From IMG/VR virus record IMGVR_UViG_3300033696_000004, positions 1 to 36,030 of that record: a stretch of DNA of 36,030 bases. One strand, given 5' to 3'. Origin of the DNA: a virus. Its lineage: Duplodnaviria; Heunggongvirae; Uroviricota; Caudoviricetes. Positions within the stretch are counted from its first letter, which is position 1; each line of letters starts with the position of its first letter. Under the pieces are notes generated by a model. It was not told the origin of the DNA, ran no database searches, and was given only the letters and a program-made list of their open reading frames with translations. Below are positions 17,348 to 25,871 of this stretch, piece after piece. Both the position numbers and the translations under genes were made by a program.

Positions 17348-17368
17348 GTTAGGCTCCTTGAGGTTATT

Positions 17369-17623
17369 ATGAATACTATTGTTAATGTGAAAAAGATTTC
17401 TTCATTTGTTATTTTCGACGATATCGAAATTGGAGGTTTATTCCAGTACGATAACAAGATCTGGATGCGTGTTCCTTCTGTTCACTCTGATCCAGAAGAA
17501 GCAAAACTAGGTATGTTTACTGGATACGATTGCGTTGCTGTTGGTTCTGGTGAAGTTATGTGGTTAGAACCATCGTTCCAAGTATTCCCTGTTACTAAAT
17601 TAGATTGTGAGATCATCGAATAA
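17369..17623 (+). CDS. Hypothetical protein
   Basis: GAGG RBS; ends in terminator. Confidence 0.75.
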   Translation: MNTIVNVKKISSFVIFDDIEIGGLFQYDNKIWMRVPSVHSDPEEAKLGMFTGYDCVAVGSGEVMWLEPSFQVFPVTKLDCEIIE

Positions 17624-17647
17624 AAAAGGAGCCTTTCGGCTCCTTTT
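17622..17647. terminator. Bidirectional intrinsic terminator
   Basis: AAAAAAGGAGCC-TTTC-GGCTCCTTTT between convergent genes. Confidence 0.85.
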
Positions 17648-18147
17648 TAGTTTGGAAAATGACCAGATGCTGATACATAATCCTTGAGTTGGTTAGCCCA
17701 TGTGTTATAATCACCGAATACTACCTGAGTGTATACCTTGGTCAATTCTCTCCTAACAGGATATGGAATTGGAACCAAAGGATCAGTATAGTCATAGACT
17801 AATTTAACGGTGTATATGTAGCTGGTTGTAAGAACAGAAGGGGCATTGAATTCAAAGATATCAGCAGCATTCGGGGGTGGAAGTTCCCCAAATGAATTGT
17901 ATCCTTTCATTATCCCATTTGAGCGCAGTCGAACCTTGATAGCACCTGAACCCAACTGGAATGAATCCCTATATTGACCAGAAAACGTAGCACCTTGTAC
18001 GGTTATACCGACATTAGGTCTATGCTCACTAATATTTAGACTCACTAGGGATTCACCAGCTGCAAAGCTAGGTGAAAATGTTATAGATACGTTATCAAGT
18101 TCCTTCTGGTCAGACAATTCAGTCGAAGCAGGAAGAATATTAGCCAT
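17647..18147 (-). CDS. gp5.1: T4 gp5.1-like protein
   Basis: Position after gp5; MANILP..ESLVSLNI..GITV resembles T4 5.1. Confidence 0.75.
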   Translation of the reverse strand: MANILPASTELSDQKELDNVSITFSPSFAAGESLVSLNISEHRPNVGITVQGATFSGQYRDSFQLGSGAIKVRLRSNGIMKGYNSFGELPPPNAADIFEFNAPSVLTTSYIYTVKLVYDYTDPLVPIPYPVRRELTKVYTQVVFGDYNTWANQLKDYVSASGHFPN

Positions 18148-19892
18148 TAGTTGATACTCACTGTTGAACCTGTTAGTGTCATTGCTCCAGCTAATTTAGC
18201 CACTGCACCACCACCATCCATCTTCATAGTACCACTCGCAGTATCATTAACGTTTTCTGCTTTACGTGTCCAATCACCAGTGATAGTATCTACCTTAGAA
18301 CCACCAACTGTTAGTGTATAGTTACCGTCAACATTCATGGTATAGTCTCCAGCGATTGTAGAATTACAGTTCGCTCGTATAGTCTGAACAACATCCCCAG
18401 TTATGTCTTGAGTTACTGCACCCTTTACGGTTTCAATAACGTCACCATTAATTGTAGATGTCACATTACCATCGATTTGCTGAGTAACGTTACCACGAAC
18501 TAGTTCATTAACGTTACCATTGACCGTCAAATCGGAATTACCCATTATGTTAACTATAGTATTACCACCGATTACCACGTTAAGATTACCTTCAACATGT
18601 AAATTTCGATTAGTCTTCACAATAAGATAATCTTCACCTACAATTTTGGTAACTACCGTACCATCTGGATGTGTCTCCGTAAACGTCCCTGTTGGGTGTT
18701 TACGGAAGTAACGCTCTGCTCCAGATGTATCATCGAACTCTTGAATGTGACCCGATTCAGACTCATACACATGGTTAAATGGATACTGAGCAGCGTAGGG
18801 TGAATTTGGTTCAACGAATAAATCATTTACTGAACGTGTACCACCAGTTTGACCGTATGATGCTAGGTTACCATTTAGTATGATCTTAGCAACTCGATTA
18901 GCACGACCTGGAGTTTGACCAGCCCATGTTGAATTCAACATCTCGTCATGTGCTTTCTTCCATTCTTTAGCGAGCATGTAAGCCAATGACTGTTTGAAAT
19001 TGGATACCCCACCTATACCCATTTGGAATACCATGTTCTCGATAGCCATACGTCTAGTTGCATCCAACGACGCATAAACTGGTGCTATAGTAGCACTACC
19101 ACGAATACCAGATTGCACTTCGTCTAGGTCTCCAGCAAATAGTTTACTAATTTCTTCATTAGTTATACGACCATCAGTTACAGTTCTTCCAACTTGTTTA
19201 CCCAATTCTGAATTTATGCGTTGTATGTTCCTAGTCTTTTCGTGTATAATCAGATGACCGATACCGACGGTAGGAAATCCTAGGTGATCCCAGTAGACAG
19301 AAACCCTAACACCTTCGTCACCACGAAGCATCTCTTCTATGGTGAAATCTCCTGGTGGCAGAGGTTTGATGTCATCAGCTGGAGTATCATCTGGTGCTGG
19401 TGCTTTATCTGTATTCAAATCTTGGTCTTCAACCGAAGCTGGTGTTTCTTTGGATGGTTTACCACCCGTTTGGACATCCAACGCTGGCACTTGACCGTTA
19501 CGCGCACGTGTGTTTGTATCTGGTGCGTTTATGTATCGTGGATACTGTCCACTTGGATCATTAAACCCTTTATCTGGATTGGCATACTCTACTGGAATAC
19601 CACTTATAGTACCCATAATGATGCCATCTTGACACATTGGATCACGGAAGAACCCAACGACGTTGGATCCTTCTACGATACCTGTTGGACTATGTCCAAC
19701 ACCACTAATAGCAGCAGATGTTGTTGGTTGGATCACGTGACACCATAGTAGGTTCTCCGTAGGAGAACCATGGGTTACAGATGATACCTTTAAGTCTGAA
19801 TGAATGCCGAACACACGGACACGAATTCTCCCAATGAATAAGGGATCCATTCTGTCCTCAACGACACCATAAAAGAAATTTTGCATGAACAT
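18147..19892 (-). CDS. gp5: Baseplate hub subunit / tail lysozyme (cell-puncturing spike)
   Basis: GVVEDRMDP OB fold; T4-lysozyme DEG..YWD..TVGIGH; YPFNHVYESESGH; VxG beta-helix octapeptides. Confidence 0.97.
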   Translation of the reverse strand: MFMQNFFYGVVEDRMDPLFIGRIRVRVFGIHSDLKVSSVTHGSPTENLLWCHVIQPTTSAAISGVGHSPTGIVEGSNVVGFFRDPMCQDGIIMGTISGIPVEYANPDKGFNDPSGQYPRYINAPDTNTRARNGQVPALDVQTGGKPSKETPASVEDQDLNTDKAPAPDDTPADDIKPLPPGDFTIEEMLRGDEGVRVSVYWDHLGFPTVGIGHLIIHEKTRNIQRINSELGKQVGRTVTDGRITNEEISKLFAGDLDEVQSGIRGSATIAPVYASLDATRRMAIENMVFQMGIGGVSNFKQSLAYMLAKEWKKAHDEMLNSTWAGQTPGRANRVAKIILNGNLASYGQTGGTRSVNDLFVEPNSPYAAQYPFNHVYESESGHIQEFDDTSGAERYFRKHPTGTFTETHPDGTVVTKIVGEDYLIVKTNRNLHVEGNLNVVIGGNTIVNIMGNSDLTVNGNVNELVRGNVTQQIDGNVTSTINGDVIETVKGAVTQDITGDVVQTIRANCNSTIAGDYTMNVDGNYTLTVGGSKVDTITGDWTRKAENVNDTASGTMKMDGGGAVAKLAGAMTLTGSTVSIN

Positions 19893-21085
19893 TATTCAAT
19901 ATTCCCATCGGTTGATAATTCCAAATGTGTAACGAATCCAGATGGTTGTAGGATATGTTTTAGTTTCTTGACCAACCACTTACCAGATTCTTCCCTTCTC
20001 AATTTACCTGTTGATGCTGGAATTTTGACTTCTATAACATCACCAGATTTTATTTCTATGTTACCCGCGATTGTTACATTTAATGTCTTGAAGTTTATAA
20101 GAGTACGTGATAGTGATCTCAACAATGCGTTATGCGTATTTGAGTTCAAATCCATAGTAGAGTATGATGTATTATGCGACCAGAACTGAACATAAGAGTC
20201 GTTGTTCTTTTCGTATGTATTTCCTCTAGGATCAACTGGATTCAATTTAGAAATTTTACTCGAATCGTAAGTGAATTTCTTGTATTGTTTTGTTATCATG
20301 TCATGTGTATAAACAGTAGCACCAGCACCACCATAACGAATGTCATCTCTAAGGTCATAACCCTTGGGTTTCTCCATGTTCAATATAGCATTGAATGTAA
20401 ACAGTTCGTTTTGGGGCTTATAGTAAATCGTTTGGGTTGGTTCTGTTGACTTAATGGTCTCTATTGATTTAAAATTGATACCATCTTTATTTTCAAAGAA
20501 ATAGAAGTCAGAACCTGAGTTCTCTTTTGATTGTGATGTCAGTTTCACCCAGTTGATCATGTCAAGTGGGCTAACGTTAGGAGCAACAAAATCTCTTGAG
20601 TGTAATGTTTCCTCTATGTGTCTTGGGATCTCAACTCCAAGAATGTCGCAGCAGTTATTTACGAACTGCGACGAAGAAACCTTATTGTATGTCCTTGCTA
20701 ATTTAATAGAGTCGTTTTTTACAGATGCATCACTGGAAAAATCAATAACGATTACATCATATAATCCATTCAATCGGTCTTTTGCACTCTTAAACCCGAT
20801 AACTCTAAACTTTTTATCGTAAGGAATTGGAACGACTTGCTTGTCGTGGTCGAATGATGAAAACGAGATTTCGACCATTTCGGTTCCATTGTATACGTCA
20901 TCGCTGGAAAAATCATCAATGAATGATAACTGCCCCTTGACAAATCCACCTTCTATGTCTTCCTCTATTGTTAGAAGCTCAAACAAAGATGTGATGTCAA
21001 TACCGTAATCGCCTTGCATAAGACGAATATGGTTGATACTAAGACACTCTTGGTGTTTGGTTGAAATCTTACTTATTGCGCTCAT
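19892..21085 (-). CDS. gp27: Baseplate hub subunit (gp27-like)
   Basis: Adjacent to gp5; FYFFEN..GINFKS, GKWLVKKLKH; about 400 aa. Confidence 0.75.
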   Translation of the reverse strand: MSAISKISTKHQECLSINHIRLMQGDYGIDITSLFELLTIEEDIEGGFVKGQLSFIDDFSSDDVYNGTEMVEISFSSFDHDKQVVPIPYDKKFRVIGFKSAKDRLNGLYDVIVIDFSSDASVKNDSIKLARTYNKVSSSQFVNNCCDILGVEIPRHIEETLHSRDFVAPNVSPLDMINWVKLTSQSKENSGSDFYFFENKDGINFKSIETIKSTEPTQTIYYKPQNELFTFNAILNMEKPKGYDLRDDIRYGGAGATVYTHDMITKQYKKFTYDSSKISKLNPVDPRGNTYEKNNDSYVQFWSHNTSYSTMDLNSNTHNALLRSLSRTLINFKTLNVTIAGNIEIKSGDVIEVKIPASTGKLRREESGKWLVKKLKHILQPSGFVTHLELSTDGNIE

Positions 21086-21635
21086 TTCTTGATTTCTCCA
21101 TTTGAATACGGAAATCGTTAATGAATGATGTGATGTCGTTTGGTTGAATTATCCTTACAACTCGTTTCTTTTCATTTTCTATGAATTCGTGTTCTATGTT
21201 AGTTACTGGAACCAATGCACCGTGGAATTGTAGATATTTCTGGATAAGATCTCTCTTATCATACCATAGCTGTGGTTCTGCTTCGTATACATTCCAAAAT
21301 TTCTCACCTTGTGAACTAATGTAATATGCTACCTCATTAGAACCACCAACATTCTTATACTTTTGAGCAGCATATTCATGCACCGATTGATCTGACATAA
21401 TCCAATCATAATAAGGATCGTAGATGTCGTTAATCAATAGTAGAACCCAGTAGTATTCAGTAGTACCATACAGCTGGTAGCTTAATAGTTCTGGTCTGGG
21501 TGAATCCTTGATCGACATTTCCTTTACGGTATAATTGGTTTCTATGTTTTTAAAGAAACGGTTATAGTTATGGAAAATGTCAACCATCTCGGAACCATTA
21601 TACATAATGGTTCCAAAAAAACCTAATTCATTCAT
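21069..21635 (-). CDS. gp53: Baseplate wedge subunit
   Basis: RPELLSYQLYG-x3-YYWVLLLINDI-x-DP..W; ENEKKR. Confidence 0.92.
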   Translation of the reverse strand: MNELGFFGTIMYNGSEMVDIFHNYNRFFKNIETNYTVKEMSIKDSPRPELLSYQLYGTTEYYWVLLLINDIYDPYYDWIMSDQSVHEYAAQKYKNVGGSNEVAYYISSQGEKFWNVYEAEPQLWYDKRDLIQKYLQFHGALVPVTNIEHEFIENEKKRVVRIIQPNDITSFINDFRIQMEKSRNERNK

Positions 21636-22585
21636 GCTGCACCCTCAGTGATAACGTTACCCAAGCTACTGCGTAGCTGCTCCCAGTAATTGGAATAAGT
21701 AGGGATCATTTCTTGGAATGTAATTTCAAGATCTATACTGACTGGGTCACCAGCCGTTTCCGCAATACTTTGATAAACTTGATCTGGAGTTTTATTAATT
21801 CTAACGTTGGTTATTGTACACGGACCCATCATAAACTTGTCAATGTAACGATTCTGTGCCGCTGGCTCTGGAGGACCTTCACCAACGGTTTTCTTGTATG
21901 CACGTTTGATACGTTCTTCGATAAACCACATAGGCGGAACTCTTACAGTACCAATCGCACCATCTGTTCCTGCTACAGTTTTTGTCATGGTTCCACTTGA
22001 ATATAGTCGGAAGTTGTGTATAATCTCACCAACCGATTTCAATTCATCCAAGTTTCTAGGACGTAATGTAAAATGGAATGTCTGTTGACGAAGTTGTGTA
22101 CCTTTCCACAAAGAAACATGGTTTTGTAATTGTCGTGTTCCGTTGACTTGTGTCATTGTGTCATTATTTTGAAGAGTTTGTATTATTCTATCCCATGCTG
22201 CTTTCGCTGCGTCCATACTACCTTCAGTTGCAGTATTTGCATCTATGAATTTAGTTGCCATTTCAGCCCAAACTGTTGTATTGGATTGAGCATAATCATG
22301 AGATAACGACTCATTCAGGTTTGGCATGTACATTCGGATAAGTGCTAACGTATTCTGGACATTACCTGGATTAGTCATAAAACTATTCTGGGTTTCTTTT
22401 AATGTCTCATGGGTCAAGTTAGCTTTCTCTTGGTTCACTACTCGAAAAATCAAATAGTTTTTATGTTTGTTGTCTGATTCTAGGTTACTGGGAAAAGAAA
22501 CACTACTGAAAGTAGACTGTGTTTTTTGAGTCTTTTCAGTTTCGTCTTTAGTTCTTCCAGCACCAATCACGTCAGTTGTTGGCAT
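21632..22585 (-). CDS. gp48: Baseplate tail-tube cap / junction protein
   Basis: F-x-FTLRPRN, GPC-x-ITNVRINKTPD, LEITFQE; start moved to ATG 22585 behind AGGGG. Confidence 0.85.
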   Translation of the reverse strand: MPTTDVIGAGRTKDETEKTQKTQSTFSSVSFPSNLESDNKHKNYLIFRVVNQEKANLTHETLKETQNSFMTNPGNVQNTLALIRMYMPNLNESLSHDYAQSNTTVWAEMATKFIDANTATEGSMDAAKAAWDRIIQTLQNNDTMTQVNGTRQLQNHVSLWKGTQLRQQTFHFTLRPRNLDELKSVGEIIHNFRLYSSGTMTKTVAGTDGAIGTVRVPPMWFIEERIKRAYKKTVGEGPPEPAAQNRYIDKFMMGPCTITNVRINKTPDQVYQSIAETAGDPVSIDLEITFQEMIPTYSNYWEQLRSSLGNVITEGAA

Positions 22586-22606
22586 GATGATTCCCCTTTG
22601 GTAATA

Positions 22607-22628
22607 ATATGTATTTATAAATACATTA
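22607..22628. promoter_or_regulatory. Overlapping back-to-back T4 late promoters
   Basis: Palindrome TAATGTATTTATAAATACATTA gives TATAAATA on both strands. Confidence 0.85.
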
Positions 22629-22642
22629 AACGGGAGAAACAT

Positions 22643-23092
22643 ATGGCATACTCAGGAAAATTTAAACCAGTGAATCAACTTAAATATCGAGGAAAAGTTG
22701 ACCAAATTCAATATCGTTCTTCATGGGAACTACTGGTCATGCGACACCTCGACAAAAACCCACACGTTAGTTGGTGGTCATCGGAAGAGACAGTAATACC
22801 ATATTTCAGCGAAGCTGATCAGAAGAAACGTCGGTATTTCATGGACTTCACAGTATGTTATAATGATGGAAGTACCCATTTGTGGGAAGTTAAACCATTT
22901 AAACAGACTCAACCACCTACTCAACCACTTAAAATGAACATTCGTACCAAAGCACGTTACATGAATGAGATCTACACATTTCAGACAAACTTATGCAAAT
23001 GGAAAGCTGCAAATGAGTTATGTCATCGGAAGGGATGGGTATTCAAGATTGTAACTGAACATACAATGAAAAAGTTTTTTGGGCTGAAATAA
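22643..23092 (+). CDS. gp4: Head completion nuclease (TnsA-like)
   Basis: MAYSGKFKP..KYRG..YRSSWE..WSSEE..RRYFMDF..EVKP; start moved to 22643. Confidence 0.93.
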   Translation: MAYSGKFKPVNQLKYRGKVDQIQYRSSWELLVMRHLDKNPHVSWWSSEETVIPYFSEADQKKRRYFMDFTVCYNDGSTHLWEVKPFKQTQPPTQPLKMNIRTKARYMNEIYTFQTNLCKWKAANELCHRKGWVFKIVTEHTMKKFFGLK

Positions 23093-23151
23093 TGATGTAT
23101 TTTATATACGAAACAACCAACAATAAAATTTCACATGTATAGAGAATAATA

Positions 23152-23964
23152 ATGAAAATATTTGAACAAGAACGTCCTGCTGCTTCTCGTATGACTAAAG
23201 CAATGTGGATTGAATACGGTGTCAAGTGGTACGAAAAGAAAGCTAAAGGTTGGACACCTCTTCAGTTTGCAAGAGAGTATAATCTAAATGCAAATACAAT
23301 GTCAAGGGCTTTTCGTAGATTCCGTGCAGAGATTGAAACTGAATTTAGTCAAGTAAAACCAAAATCCACTAAGAAGTCAACTTCTGGAAACAAATCGAAA
23401 GACTTAATTAACCAATTCCGCGAAACACTCCGCAAACGATTATCTGGCTCGTCTGTTGCTACAGAACGTCGCAAAAGCTCAGAGTGGTTCAAGAACCGTA
23501 TCAAGGTTGCTATGAGAACTCGACACACATCGAGACCAATAGCTGGACGCTTGTATACTTACGGTTATGATGCTAAATTAAAAGATGTATTGCCATACTG
23601 GGATAAGTTCCCGTTGGTAATTTACTTGGGTAACAAGAAAACTAAAGAAGGTAAGACTTTATTTGTTGGTCTCAACCTCCACTACGTTCCACCTAAAGCT
23701 CGTCAAGAGTTTTTAGAAGAACTGTTACCACATGCATCAACTAAAAATTTAAACGCTAACACCAAACTACGTGTAAACTGGGATATGGTTAAGAACCTAC
23801 GTGGCTCTGATTTGATGATTAAAACTTATTTACCAAATCACATTACTACAACTATGAGCGAAATCAATCCTACGGATTGGGCGCAAGCTATTTTCTTACC
23901 AACTCAACAGTTTGTATCCAAGGGTAAATCATTTGGTGCTAGAAAAGTATGGAGCAAATACTAA
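23152..23964 (+). CDS. gp2: DNA end protector protein
   Basis: YDAKLKD-x-LPYWDKFPL..GLNLHYVPPKAR. Confidence 0.93.
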   Translation: MKIFEQERPAASRMTKAMWIEYGVKWYEKKAKGWTPLQFAREYNLNANTMSRAFRRFRAEIETEFSQVKPKSTKKSTSGNKSKDLINQFRETLRKRLSGSSVATERRKSSEWFKNRIKVAMRTRHTSRPIAGRLYTYGYDAKLKDVLPYWDKFPLVIYLGNKKTKEGKTLFVGLNLHYVPPKARQEFLEELLPHASTKNLNANTKLRVNWDMVKNLRGSDLMIKTYLPNHITTTMSEINPTDWAQAIFLPTQQFVSKGKSFGARKVWSKY

Positions 23965-24890
23965 TGAGTGATTTCTTTGCAGATTCGGTTGCAGCAGAAG
24001 CTAGATTAATAAACGAAGTGCTGTCTGGTGAAAAAAATAAAAGAAAACAAACAAAACTAGATGAATCTGGTCCTGCACACCCCGACCTATCTAGATTCAT
24101 GCAAGCGGTTAATGCAGAAGACATGTCACGTCCTAACCTATTCCTAGTTAGATTTGATAACTTCTTCGCCAGTATTGGAAAAGATGGTGTACAGGACTTC
24201 AACTTCACGCAAGATGCACAAGACGCTGACTTCACCGATGGGTATGGATTCAACAAAATCAAAGACATCGGTCTTAATGCTGCAATGAATACATCATTGG
24301 GTAAGCAAGTACTCGGTGCTTACAACCCTACTCTGATCAACATGATTCCAGGTGGAGAATACCTAACTGGATTGATTTCTAGTAGCTTTGATGTCAACAA
24401 AGATATGGCAATGCTTGTAAAGAGTGTATCAGTTCCAGGTTCGGCATTCAATACAACGCATCTATGGTTCGATAAAAAACCAATGACAGCCGTTACAGGA
24501 CGCACAGTAGATACAATCACGATGAACTTCTATCTTAGAACAAATCACATCGAACGTCAAGTAATGAATAAATGGATGGACATGGTACACAATCAAGAGG
24601 ATAATACGTTTGGATTATATGATACGTATGCCAAAAAGATAGAAATCTTTCCTCTCGACAGAAAAGGTAAACCAATGAGCGTTATTCAATGTATTGGATG
24701 TTTTCCTATAAAACTAGGAAGTGTTAACTATGATGTTGATTCTAACAATGAAATTTCTATTTTTGAAGTAGAGTTTGCCATTAGTACATTCAAGACAGCA
24801 TCATTTCAAGGTCAAAGTCCATTATTCGACCAGATTGCATCTGGTGCTGAAAACTTATTCACTAATCCACTTCTAGGTGGAATTTTTTAA
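23964..24890 (+). CDS. gp54: Baseplate tail-tube initiator
   Basis: DMSRPNLF-x-V-x-F, GCFP, tube-like fold motifs; TAATG coupling. Confidence 0.8.
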   Translation: MSDFFADSVAAEARLINEVLSGEKNKRKQTKLDESGPAHPDLSRFMQAVNAEDMSRPNLFLVRFDNFFASIGKDGVQDFNFTQDAQDADFTDGYGFNKIKDIGLNAAMNTSLGKQVLGAYNPTLINMIPGGEYLTGLISSSFDVNKDMAMLVKSVSVPGSAFNTTHLWFDKKPMTAVTGRTVDTITMNFYLRTNHIERQVMNKWMDMVHNQEDNTFGLYDTYAKKIEIFPLDRKGKPMSVIQCIGCFPIKLGSVNYDVDSNNEISIFEVEFAISTFKTASFQGQSPLFDQIASGAENLFTNPLLGGIF

Positions 24891-24935
24891 ATTGTTCATA
24901 ACTCTATTTCTTATAGATCTATAATGAACAAAATC

Positions 24936-24962
24936 TCTGGAGGCAAAGCCTCCAGATTTCTT
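24936..24962 (+). terminator. Probable intrinsic terminator
   Basis: TCTGGAGGC-AAA-GCCTCCAGA-TTTCTT. Confidence 0.55.
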
Positions 24963-24981
24963 CAATTAAACAGGAAATGAT

Positions 24982-25707
24982 ATGAAACATAGTAAACTTT
25001 TAGATATGGCAACAGCTGGATTGCTTAGAACTACGGTAAATATTTCGGACGGTAGTGAAGTTAAAATTCGTGCTTTTGCAGTAAAGGAACTAAAGTTGTT
25101 AATGATGGCTAGTGAATCTGGTTCTGCGCAAGACTATCAGGTTATTCAGATTTTGAATCAATGTATTGAAACTGATGGTATCGATGCTAATGACCTACCT
25201 TCACATGACGTTGAATACTTATATCTACAACTATACAAGATTTCGAAAGGTACACATTTAATTCCAGTTAAGTACCTATGTACCAACGAAGTAGATGGTA
25301 AGAAATGCAATAACCCTATTGCAACAAGTCTTAATCTAAACAACGTAGTCGTTGACGAATCGCCTATTCCAACAATTAAATTAACCAACGGTCTTGTGTT
25401 TAACATGAGACTACCAACAATCCTTGAAATGGATCATTTCTCTGATAAAACAACGAATCCAGTATACCTTGCTATTCGCTGTATTAAATCGGTTGACACT
25501 GGTAGTGAAGTTCTGGTGGTAGGAGAAGACCTAGATGACGAGGAACTAGCAGAAGTTGTTGATTACTTAGATGAAAGTGCATTTAACCAACTAATCGAGT
25601 TCGTTACTACGCTTCCGTCGATCAGTCTAACGTTCCCACTTAAATGTCAAAAGTGTGGACATGAAGAGATTGTAACTGTTAGAGGTCTTTCCGATTTTTT
25701 CGGCTAA
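24982..25707 (+). CDS. gp26: Baseplate hub assembly protein
   Basis: RAFAVKE-x-K-x-L, DVEYLYLQL-x3-SKG, CxxC, GL-x-DFF end. Confidence 0.85.
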   Translation: MKHSKLLDMATAGLLRTTVNISDGSEVKIRAFAVKELKLLMMASESGSAQDYQVIQILNQCIETDGIDANDLPSHDVEYLYLQLYKISKGTHLIPVKYLCTNEVDGKKCNNPIATSLNLNNVVVDESPIPTIKLTNGLVFNMRLPTILEMDHFSDKTTNPVYLAIRCIKSVDTGSEVLVVGEDLDDEELAEVVDYLDESAFNQLIEFVTTLPSISLTFPLKCQKCGHEEIVTVRGLSDFFG

Positions 25708-25709
25708 CC

Positions 25710-25871
25710 ATGGTTAACGACTCATTGTTTGACTTCTATAAAACAATGAGTTGGTTAAAAGACCATGGGTACACTATACAAGAAATAGAAAGCCTATCTC
25801 CAATGGAATTCGGAATTTACATCCAATTATTACTACACAAACTGGAGAAGAAGAGAAATGAAACGCAGTGA
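25710..25871 (+). CDS. gp51: gp51-like hub assembly catalyst (53 aa; probably made as a -1 frameshift extension of gp26)
   Basis: Own translation MVNDSLFDFYKTMSWLKDHGYTIQEIESLSPMEFGIYIQLL...; typical Y-x3-EIE-x3-P-x-E-x2-IY motif. Confidence 0.8.
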   Translation: MVNDSLFDFYKTMSWLKDHGYTIQEIESLSPMEFGIYIQLLLHKLEKKRNETQ

